From Sandaracinaceae bacterium (GTDB taxonomy: Bacteria; Myxococcota_A; Polyangia; Polyangiales; Sandaracinaceae), in the NCBI GenBank assembly GCA_044220955.1, contig JBGAQA010000061.1:1-39264 (forward strand): a stretch of 39,264 bases of DNA, written 5' to 3'. The position numbers were made by a program, and so were the translations under genes. The notes beneath the pieces are model-generated. The model worked only from the letters and a program-made list of their open reading frames with translations. It was not told the origin of the DNA and did not search any database. Positions 29,569 through 37,445 of this stretch are shown in pieces. The stretch's first letter is position 1; every line of letters starts with the position of its first letter.

Positions 29569-29585
29569 TGCAAGCGAGGATCCAG
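29569..29585 (-). promoter_or_regulatory. Putative sigma54 (-24/-12) promoter of the HzsA-like cluster
   Basis: Minus strand reads CTGGATCCTCGCTTGCA, which has GG-N10-GC with TTGCA, about 55 nt upstream of ATG 29515. Two core positions deviate from TGGCAC. Confidence 0.6.
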
Positions 29586-29836
29586 CCGGGAATACACCGG
29601 CGAGCGCTCAATTCACGACCGATCCGTGGGTAGTCGGACGGCGCACATCGGTGCGGGTGGGGGCGACCGGCCCCGACGACCCAGGCGTCTGGGGGCCATG
29701 GCAGCCATCACAGCGTGAATGTCGGATACGCGAACACACGGTCACGGTCCCGGCCGGATCGCCGACGGTTCTCGCAAGATCTCCGCGAGATCACGGGAAA
29801 GGTGACCCGGCACGGGGCTCGCTATGGAATTCGATC

Positions 29837-30142
29837 GTGCAGCTCCTCGGACTCTTGCTGGCCCTCGCGAGCGGGCCCCGGTGGATCGACCACGCTCCGC
29901 GCCTCTCGCTCGAGCTGCGCGCCCTCGCGCCGGTCGCCGCCGCCACGCCGGAGATCGAGACGCTCGGCGAGATCCTGTCGCGCGGCGTCGTGCTCCCGGC
30001 GCAGCTGCACCTGGGGCTCGACGGCCAGCCCTCGATGCCCTTCCTGAGCCCGTTCTTCTACGCGCAGGAGATCCGGAACACCCAGGTCGACCCGCTCGCG
30101 CTCGCGGGCAGCCTGATGATCACGGCGCGCGTCGAGCTCTGA
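29837..30142 (+). CDS. Small hypothetical protein (101 aa), hydrophobic N-terminus
   Basis: 3' half of ORF 29519..30142 has coding-like GC3 from GTG 29837 (MQLLGLLLALASGPRW...MITARVEL). Confidence 0.6.
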   Translation: MQLLGLLLALASGPRWIDHAPRLSLELRALAPVAAATPEIETLGEILSRGVVLPAQLHLGLDGQPSMPFLSPFFYAQEIRNTQVDPLALAGSLMITARVEL

Positions 30143-30164
30143 AGACCGGTCCCGCGCCGAGCGC

Positions 30165-31526
30165 TCACTCGGTCGGCATCACGATGCCGTTGAGGGCGCC
30201 GGTCGCGGGGATCTCGGTCGGCATCACGATCCCGACGACATCCAGGGCGCCGGGCGCGAGGTCGGCGGCGAGCGCGGTGGCGTCCCGGGCGCAGAGGCCG
30301 CCGCTCGCGGTGGCGATGCCCGTGCCGTTCTGCATCACGCAGCCGAACATCGCCGTCTCGCTGGTCGACACGTTCGTGGCGTCGACGAGCGCTGCGTCGC
30401 CGCCGCCGAGGTCTGCGAGCAGCCCCACGCGGCCGCTGCCGACGAGCGCGACGTCCGTGAGCGTCGTGGTCGCCGCCGGGTGCACGAGCTGGATCCCGTC
30501 GCCGATCATCGCGCCGCCCCACGACGTCAGGAGCCGGGCGGCCAGCGCGGTGTGCGCGACCATCGTGCTCTCGATCGTCACGCCGCTCGCTTCGATGGCG
30601 ACCACGCCCGCGAAGCTGTTGTCGACGATCATGCTGCCGCCGCCGATGGTCATGGACGCGGAGCGCTGCACGACGACGCCGCCGCCAGCGTGGCCGCTGC
30701 AGAGCATGCCCATGTGCACGGCGTCGCTCGCGTCCTGCAGGATGCCGAACCCCTGGTGCGTGTCGGTCACGGCGAGGCCGTCCGTGTGGACGTTCGCCCC
30801 CCGCCCGATCGCCAGCCCATAGGGCGGCGCGAGGCCGAAGCCGCGAAGCGTTCCGTCGATCGTGACGTCGGTGACCGTCGCCGCGCCGGCGTCGATCCAC
30901 GCCCCGATGGTGAGGTTGCCGGCGAGGGTGCCGCCGGTCCAGGTCAGCGTCGAGTCGGACGAGACCACGCCGCCGGCGCCGAACCCGCTCGCGGACACGT
31001 TGGTGAGCGTGGCGCTCGTCACCCGCTGGAGCACGACGCCGTAGAGGCAGGTGTCGGTCGCGCTCGGGTGCGCCGGGAGCAGCTGCGCGGCGGCCTCGTC
31101 CGCGACGGGGCCGGTGGCGACGACGTTCGCGAGCGTGACGGAGCCGACGTCGGCGAAGCCGAGCGCGGCGCGCCCGAGCGTCGAGTGCACCTCCACGTCG
31201 CGGACGCTCACCGAGTCGACGCTCACGGCCACGATCCCGTGCCCGGCGCCGTGATCGATCCGCAGGCCCGTGACGCTCGCCCCGGCGCCGAGCACCACGC
31301 CGAGGCCGCTCGCGACGATGCGCGAGCTGGCCGCGCCCTGGCCGCGCAGCGTCACGCCGGCCGGGACCGTGAAGCTGCCGCTCACGCTGCATGCGCCGAG
31401 CTCGACCGTCTGGCCCCGGCTGGCCGCGGCGAGGGAGGCGGCGAGCGATCCGTCCGCGCAGTTGGGGCCGCTCGCGCAGGCCGTGAGGGTCAGGGCGACC
31501 AGCGCGGACGCCAGAAGACAACGCAT
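30165..31526 (-). CDS. Right-handed parallel beta-helix lipoprotein (453 aa)
   Basis: ATG 31526 (MRCLLASALVALTLTA-C), VPAGVTLRGQG and repeated G(I/V)xx...(V/L)xDVxV strands. TATGCT lies 6 nt upstream. Confidence 0.82.
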   Translation of the reverse strand: MRCLLASALVALTLTACASGPNCADGSLAASLAAASRGQTVELGACSVSGSFTVPAGVTLRGQGAASSRIVASGLGVVLGAGASVTGLRIDHGAGHGIVAVSVDSVSVRDVEVHSTLGRAALGFADVGSVTLANVVATGPVADEAAAQLLPAHPSATDTCLYGVVLQRVTSATLTNVSASGFGAGGVVSSDSTLTWTGGTLAGNLTIGAWIDAGAATVTDVTIDGTLRGFGLAPPYGLAIGRGANVHTDGLAVTDTHQGFGILQDASDAVHMGMLCSGHAGGGVVVQRSASMTIGGGSMIVDNSFAGVVAIEASGVTIESTMVAHTALAARLLTSWGGAMIGDGIQLVHPAATTTLTDVALVGSGRVGLLADLGGGDAALVDATNVSTSETAMFGCVMQNGTGIATASGGLCARDATALAADLAPGALDVVGIVMPTEIPATGALNGIVMPTE

Positions 31527-31562
31527 GGCCGCAGCATAACGCATGGGCCTATCATGCGCCCC

Positions 31563-34500
31563 GTGGTCGACCGCTCGACGCACGACACGGAGCTCTCGCT
31601 CTCGGTCCCGGCCGCCGCGCTCCAGCAACGGATCGGACCTTACGTGGTCGAGGGGATCCTCGGCCGCGGCGGGATGGGCGTGGTCTACCGGGGGCGCTCC
31701 ACGCGGGGCGACGCGGTGGCGATCAAGGCGATCCGCCCGGAGATCCTGTCGACGGCGGTCCTCGATCGCTTCGAGCGCGAGGGTGCGATCCGCGTCGAGC
31801 ACCCGAACGTGATCCGGACGCTCGAGTCGGGCTGGGATCCCAAGAGCGGCACGCCGTGGATCGCCTTCGAGCTCCTCGAGGGCGAGAGCCTCGACGCTCG
31901 GCTCGCCCGCCGCAAGACGCTGCCACCCGACGAGCTGGTCCCGGTGCTCGAGGCGATCTGCGCAGGGGTCGGCGCCGCGCACGCGCAGGGGATCGTGCAT
32001 CGTGATCTCAAGCCCGCGAACGTCTTCCTGTGCACGGACGGCGCGGTGAAGGTGCTCGACTTCGGCATCGCGCTCGTGCGCACGGCGGCCCGGGTCACGA
32101 TGGACGCGCAGGTGGTCGGGACGCTCGCCTACCTCGCGCCCGAGCAAGCCCGCGGCGAGCGCGACCTCGACGGGCGAGCGGACATCTGGGCGATCGGCAC
32201 GCTGGCGTACGAGGCGCTGCTGGGGCGGCTGCCGTTCGAGAAGAGCGCGCCCATCGCGATGCTGATGTCCATCATCCAGGACGACCCGGTGCCGCCGTTG
32301 CGCGCGGCGACGCACCTGCCGCGACACCTCGCCGACGCCGTCGCGCGCTGCCTCGAGAAGCTCCGGGATCGGCGCTTCCGCGACACGGCCGCGCTCGCGG
32401 GCGCGCTGCGGGGGCATGCCGAGGGATCGGTGCCCCTCTCGCTCGTGCCGGGCGCGCTCGCGTCCGCGCGGACGACCGCGACGTCGCTGCGGCCGGGCGA
32501 GTCGCGCGCCCTCATCCTGCTGCTCGCTCGCGAGGTCGACGAGCCAGAGCAGGTCTCGCGCGCGATCGAGGAAGCGGGTGGCGAGGTCCTCATGCTCCTC
32601 GGCCACCAGATCGTCGGCATGTTCGGGACACGCGCGTGGCGCGGAGACGAGGTGCGGCGCGCCGTCACCGCGGCGGTCCGGCTGCGGCACCTCGCGCGGC
32701 GGATGGCCGTCTGCTCCGGCCATGCGCAGGAGGGGCTCACGGGGGTGTCCGGCGATGCGCTGGCGAGCGCCGAGCGTGGCTGCACGCTCGCGCTCGACGG
32801 CGTCGCCGTGGATGGCCCGGTGGCCGAGGCGCTCGGCGGCGCGTTCCTCACCGCGAGCGCGGAGGGCGGCTTCCTCGAGGTGCTCGGTGAGCGCGACGAC
32901 CACGACGAGTCCGAGGTCGAGTCGGCGAGCGCTCCGCTCGTGGGGCGCGCCGCCGAGCTCGCGGCGGCCTCGCGCGCGCTCGCGCGCTGGCAGTCCGGCA
33001 CCGCCGCGGTGATCTCTCTCGAGGGACCGACGGGCATCGGCAAGTCGCGGCTACGTCGCGCGGTGGAGGAGCGCGCCCGCGCGCTCGTGCCCGCGGCGCT
33101 CGTCCTCTCGGCGCGGGGCGAGGCCGGCACGGGCGAGGTCAGCGGCGGCGCCTCCGCGCTCGGGCTCTTCGCCGGCGCGCTCCGCTCGCGGGCACGCCGC
33201 GGGGCCCGCGAGCGAGGGTGGCCCACGCTGCGCTCGGACGCGCCCCCCATGGCGCAGCGGCAGGCCGTCCTGGCGCTCGCCCGCGAGGCGATCGCCGATC
33301 GCACGGAGGCGACCCGTTGCGCCGAGTTCCTGGGCGAGCTGCTCGGTGTGCCCTTCGTCGCGAGCCCCGAGCTCGCGGCGGCGCGGCTCGATCCACAGCT
33401 GATGGCCGACCGCCTGCGAGGCGCCGTGCACCTCTATCTCCGCGGCCTGCTCGAGCGGCCGGTGGTGCTCTCGATCGACGACATGCAGTGGGTGGACGGC
33501 CCCTCGCGAGCGCTCCTGGTCGAGCTGCCGCGGCACTTCGCCGACCGGCCGCTGCTCGTCGTGGCTGCGGCGCGGATGTCCGAGACACGTCGGATCAGCG
33601 TGCTCGGCCCGACGGCGACGCAGATCCACGTCGGCCCGCTCGGCCCTCAGGAGGTCGCGGCGCTCGCGTCGGCCGTGGCGGGAGAGGAGATCACCCCGCG
33701 CTGGGCACGCCTGCTCGCGGAGCGCACGGGCGGCAACCCGCTCTTCGTCGAGCACGTCTCGCGCGCACTTCGCGAGCGAGGCGAGCTCGAGCACGAGTCG
33801 ACCCACGACACGGCGGTCGACCGACTGCCGGTGCCCTTCACCGTCGAGGCGGCGATCCAGGCGCGCTTCGACGAGCTCGGCGACCACGGGCGCGAGGCCA
33901 GCCGTATCGCGAGCGTCTTCGGACGGGCGGTGGGCGCCGCCGAGATCGTCGCGCTCGGCGCGCCGGCGCCCGAGGACGCGCTCGCGGAGCTCGTGCGCGC
34001 GAACATCCTCGAGCCCCAGTCCGACGCGGGCGCGAGCGGGCCGGGGGTCACCTATCGCTTCAAGAGCGAGCTCTTCGCGACCACCGCGTACCGCAGCATC
34101 GAGCACGAGACGCGGAGCGCTCTGCACCAGCGCGCGGCGATCCACCTCGCACAGCAGCCGGGCCGGGACGCGGAGGAGGTCGCGCTGCACTACGAGCGGG
34201 GGCTCTCGCCCTCCCTGGCCGCGACGTTCTTCGCCGAGGCGGCCGTGCAGGCCGCGGCACGAGGTGACGCCGAGCGGGTCCTGCGCTGCGCCGGACGATC
34301 GCTCGAGCTGGGCGCCCCCGAGGAGGGCCTGTACGCGCTGCACGTCGCGCGCGCCGACGCGCTGCGCTTCCTGCGCCGTCGCGCCGACCAGGCGGAGGCG
34401 CTCGCCGCCGCGCTCGAGGCTGCCTCGTCTCCGCTCGAGCGAGCGCGCGTGCTCTCCGATCGTTCGCTTCTGGCGATGCACGCGTCCCGCTACGTCGAGG

Positions 34501-35468
34501 CCACGCTCACCATCGAGCGTGCGCTCGCCGAGGCCACACTCGCTCGCGATCCCGACACCATGGCGATCGCGCACGCACGCCGCGCCGAGATCGCGCTGCG
34601 GGCCGGGGAGCTGAGCACGGCGGCCACCGCGGTGGTCGATGGCCGGCTCCTCTCGCCGCGCTGCGGCCCCGTCGCGCGCGGACACGTCGCTTCGGCCGCC
34701 GCGAACCTGGCGCTCGCGTCGGGTGACGTCGGGACCGCCGTGGCCGAGTACGCCGACGCGGCGCGATGGCACCGCCAGGGGGGCGACCTGCGGCGCGCCG
34801 CCGGCGCCGAGGGAAACCTGGCCGACCAGTACAACCGAGTGGGGGACTACGGCGAGGCGGAGCGAGGCCTGCGGGCCTGTCTCGAGGCGTGTCAGCGCGT
34901 CGGCAACCGGGTCGCGGAGGGCTATGCGCTCGCGAACCTCGGCTACGCGCTGGTCGGACAGGGCCGCGCCGCGGAGGCCATCGAGGCGCTCGATCGCGCG
35001 TCGGAAGCGGCGGCGCAGATCGCCGACGAGCGGCTGGCGCTGGCGGTCCGCCTGTACCGCGCGCGCGCGTTCTGGGGCCGGGCCGATCTGCCCCGCGCCC
35101 TCGAGGAGGCGCTCTCCGTCGCCACCGGTGCGCGCGAGCGCGATCACCGCGCGCTGGTCGCCCAAGCGGAGGCCCTCGCCGCGCGCCTCTCGCTGGCGAT
35201 CGGGCGCCAGGCGGAGGCGCTGGTGCTCTCCGAGGCGGCCCACGGACGCCTCGAGCGCACGAGCGAGGTCGGCGAGGACGAGGCGGAGATCTTCGTGGCG
35301 CGCGCCGAGGCGCTCGAGCGCGCGGGGCGTCGCCCCGAGGCCGACGCCATCCGCCGGGAGGGCGAGCTGCGCCTGCAGGAGCTCGCGGCGCGCATCTCCG
35401 ACCTCGCGTGGCGGGAGCGCTTCCTCGCGGGGCCGGTGCTGCATCGAGCGCTCTTGCGACTGCCGTGA
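31563..35468 (+). CDS. Ser/Thr protein kinase fused to a degenerate cyclase-like segment, STAND/AAA ATPase and TPR repeats (about 1300 aa)
   Basis: LGRGGMGVVY, VAIK, HRDLKPAN, DFG, GTLAYLAPEQ and DIWAIG. Walker A GPTGIGKS, Walker B SIDDMQW, TGGNPLF, YRFKS, then TPR helices. Start GTG 31563 (TATCAT 7 nt upstream); alternative ATG 31554. Confidence 0.92.
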   Translation: MVDRSTHDTELSLSVPAAALQQRIGPYVVEGILGRGGMGVVYRGRSTRGDAVAIKAIRPEILSTAVLDRFEREGAIRVEHPNVIRTLESGWDPKSGTPWIAFELLEGESLDARLARRKTLPPDELVPVLEAICAGVGAAHAQGIVHRDLKPANVFLCTDGAVKVLDFGIALVRTAARVTMDAQVVGTLAYLAPEQARGERDLDGRADIWAIGTLAYEALLGRLPFEKSAPIAMLMSIIQDDPVPPLRAATHLPRHLADAVARCLEKLRDRRFRDTAALAGALRGHAEGSVPLSLVPGALASARTTATSLRPGESRALILLLAREVDEPEQVSRAIEEAGGEVLMLLGHQIVGMFGTRAWRGDEVRRAVTAAVRLRHLARRMAVCSGHAQEGLTGVSGDALASAERGCTLALDGVAVDGPVAEALGGAFLTASAEGGFLEVLGERDDHDESEVESASAPLVGRAAELAAASRALARWQSGTAAVISLEGPTGIGKSRLRRAVEERARALVPAALVLSARGEAGTGEVSGGASALGLFAGALRSRARRGARERGWPTLRSDAPPMAQRQAVLALAREAIADRTEATRCAEFLGELLGVPFVASPELAAARLDPQLMADRLRGAVHLYLRGLLERPVVLSIDDMQWVDGPSRALLVELPRHFADRPLLVVAAARMSETRRISVLGPTATQIHVGPLGPQEVAALASAVAGEEITPRWARLLAERTGGNPLFVEHVSRALRERGELEHESTHDTAVDRLPVPFTVEAAIQARFDELGDHGREASRIASVFGRAVGAAEIVALGAPAPEDALAELVRANILEPQSDAGASGPGVTYRFKSELFATTAYRSIEHETRSALHQRAAIHLAQQPGRDAEEVALHYERGLSPSLAATFFAEAAVQAAARGDAERVLRCAGRSLELGAPEEGLYALHVARADALRFLRRRADQAEALAAALEAASSPLERARVLSDRSLLAMHASRYVEATLTIERALAEATLARDPDTMAIAHARRAEIALRAGELSTAATAVVDGRLLSPRCGPVARGHVASAAANLALASGDVGTAVAEYADAARWHRQGGDLRRAAGAEGNLADQYNRVGDYGEAERGLRACLEACQRVGNRVAEGYALANLGYALVGQGRAAEAIEALDRASEAAAQIADERLALAVRLYRARAFWGRADLPRALEEALSVATGARERDHRALVAQAEALAARLSLAIGRQAEALVLSEAAHGRLERTSEVGEDEAEIFVARAEALERAGRRPEADAIRREGELRLQELAARISDLAWRERFLAGPVLHRALLRLP

Positions 35469-37306
35469 TGCGGTGGGCGCTCACGCTGGTGCTGGTGGTG
35501 ACCGGCTGTCGCGACGACGTGACGTCGAACGACGCCGCGAGCGACGCGGGGGACGCGATCCGCGCGCCGGCACCGCCCGTGCTGACCCCGTGTCCGCCGG
35601 GCTGGCGCGAGATGGACGATGCCTGCGAGCCCTGGCCGGCGACTGGGCGCTCGGACACGTGCGATCCCGGCTCCGCGCACCTCGCGGGTACCCCCGGATG
35701 CGTGTCGCTCTCCGCGGCGTGTCCGCTCGACGACTGGCCGGCGGACCTCCCGGCGGATCGGCCGGTGGTCTTCGTGGACGACGACGCCGCGGACGGCGGC
35801 GACGGGCGGACGCGCGCGACGGCCTGGCGGACCATCGGCGGGGCGCTGGCGTCCTCGCCGCCCGACGCCGTGGTGGCGGTCGCGGCCGGGCGCTACGACG
35901 ACCCCGGCATCGTGATCACGGACGCGCGCGAGGTCCGTGGCGCATGCACCGCGCGCACCATCCTGACCGCGAGCGCGCCCGGCAACGCCGCGGTCGAGCT
36001 GACGGGCGGCGGCGCGTCGCTGCGCGACGTCCTGATCCAGAGCCCGGAGCGGATCGGAGTCCTGGTTCGCGCTGCGGGCGTTCACGTGGAGGGCGTCGCC
36101 ATCGTCGGGGCGCGGGGTGTCGGCCTCGGCGTCCGGTATGGCGACGTCACGATGCGGCGCGTGCAGATCTCGGACATGCGCGCCCCCGACGCGGGGCTGA
36201 GCGTGGAGCGCGGCGTCGACGTCGAGGGCGCGTCGGCGACGCTCGAGCAGGTGCGTATCGACCGTGCGCGCGGCGTCGGCGTGTTCGTCGGCGGCGCCGC
36301 GACGTCGCTCGCGGCCTTCGACGTCGCGATCTCGCGGACGCAGCCGATCGACGACGGCACGCTCGGTCGCGGCGTCGAGCTCCTGGCCGGCGCGCACGCC
36401 GAGCTCGAGCGCGTCGTGGTCGAGGACGTGCTCGACATGGGGATCACCGCGAGCGATGCCGCGACCACTCTCTCGCTCGCGGACGTCGTGATCCGACGCG
36501 TCGCGTCCGAGCCGCTGAGCGGGGACTACGGCCGCGGGCTCGACGTCGAGGCGGGCGCGAGCGTGAGCGCGCGCCGCGTCGCGATCGACGCGGCCACGGA
36601 GGCGGGCGTGCTCGCGAGCGGTGTCGGCACCAGCCTCACGCTGGGCGACGCGCTCGTGCGCGACACCGCGTCGCGTCGCGACGGTCGTCGCGGCCGCGGG
36701 GTCGACGCGAGCGAGGGTGCGGCCGTCTCGCTGCGCAGGGTGAGCATCCTCGCCAGCCGGGAAATGGGCATCTTCGCGACCGCGGGCGCGACGCTGACGA
36801 TCGAGGATCTCGTGCTCGACGGAGTCGTGTCGCGTCCGGCCGACGGAACCCTGGGCGCAGGGATCTGGTCCCAGGGCGGCGCGAGCGTGACCGTGTCGCG
36901 CGCGCGTGTGTCGGGCACGCAGCTCTCCGGCGTTGCCTCCATCGACCACGGCGCCGTCGTCCTCGCCGACGTGAGCGTGCGCGACGTGAGCCCTTCGGCG
37001 TGCGCGAGCGCCTGCCCGGACATCGCGGGTGGCCACGCGCTCACCTCGCACTTCGGCAGCACCTTGCGTGCGAGTCGCTTCGAGGTGGGCGGTGTGGCGC
37101 TCTGCGGCGTGCTCGTCGGCGAGCCGCACCCCGACGGGACCGCGACGCAGATGGACCTCGCCGAGGGCACTGTCGCCGACGCGCCGATCGGTGCCTGCGT
37201 CCAAGAGGACGGGTTCGACAGCGCCCGCCTTCACGACCGTGTCCGCTTCGTGGACGTCGGCGTGCCGCTCCAGGCGACGCGCTATGCGCTGCCGACCGCG
37301 GACTGA
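35468..37306 (+). CDS. Right-handed parallel beta-helix lipoprotein (612 aa)
   Basis: TGATG overlap with the kinase stop. MRWALTLVLVVTG-C, Cys-rich N-terminus, VFVDDDAADGGDG...AWRTI (DUF1565-like), and repeated GRG(V/L)(D/E)(V/L/A) units. Confidence 0.85.
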   Translation: MRWALTLVLVVTGCRDDVTSNDAASDAGDAIRAPAPPVLTPCPPGWREMDDACEPWPATGRSDTCDPGSAHLAGTPGCVSLSAACPLDDWPADLPADRPVVFVDDDAADGGDGRTRATAWRTIGGALASSPPDAVVAVAAGRYDDPGIVITDAREVRGACTARTILTASAPGNAAVELTGGGASLRDVLIQSPERIGVLVRAAGVHVEGVAIVGARGVGLGVRYGDVTMRRVQISDMRAPDAGLSVERGVDVEGASATLEQVRIDRARGVGVFVGGAATSLAAFDVAISRTQPIDDGTLGRGVELLAGAHAELERVVVEDVLDMGITASDAATTLSLADVVIRRVASEPLSGDYGRGLDVEAGASVSARRVAIDAATEAGVLASGVGTSLTLGDALVRDTASRRDGRRGRGVDASEGAAVSLRRVSILASREMGIFATAGATLTIEDLVLDGVVSRPADGTLGAGIWSQGGASVTVSRARVSGTQLSGVASIDHGAVVLADVSVRDVSPSACASACPDIAGGHALTSHFGSTLRASRFEVGGVALCGVLVGEPHPDGTATQMDLAEGTVADAPIGACVQEDGFDSARLHDRVRFVDVGVPLQATRYALPTAD

Positions 37307-37336
37307 AGAGCCGTCCCGGAATCGGGACGGCTCTTC
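37305..37336. terminator. Perfect 14-bp hairpin, probable terminator
   Basis: GAAGAGCCGTCCCG-GAAT-CGGGACGGCTCTTC, starting at the stop codon of the beta-helix gene. Confidence 0.75.
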
Positions 37337-37347
37337 TCGCGCGGCGA

Positions 37348-37429
37348 CCGGGGCGAGCCTGGCGAGGGTCGGCCCTGCAACCGAGGACGACCGGCCGTTG
37401 AGCGCGGCGAGCACTCGATCCAGTCCCGG
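37348..37429 (-). ncRNA. Candidate structured RNA element (multi-hairpin junction), unclassified
   Basis: Folding by eye gives an outer stem CCGGG/CCCGG and CTGG/CCAG enclosing three hairpins. Three pairs are G-U on the minus strand but A-C mismatches on plus. Confidence 0.25.
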
Positions 37430-37445
37430 AGTAGATCGCGCGTGC

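Noticed and set aside
31570..33830. Peptide STHDT occurring twice in the kinase (N-terminus and ATPase region)
   Set aside because: Only five residues with different codons, which is insufficient to distinguish from chance.
31563..35468. STAND proteins as Avs-type antiviral systems
   Set aside because: The architecture (kinase or zinc ribbon, AAA, TPR) fits the abundant signalling STAND class of myxobacteria. No nuclease, SIR2 or other killing effector is visible.
37348..37429. tRNA or SRP RNA call for the cloverleaf-like element
   Set aside because: No TTC-containing T loop, no 7-nt anticodon loop, and no SRP GGAA-loop core.
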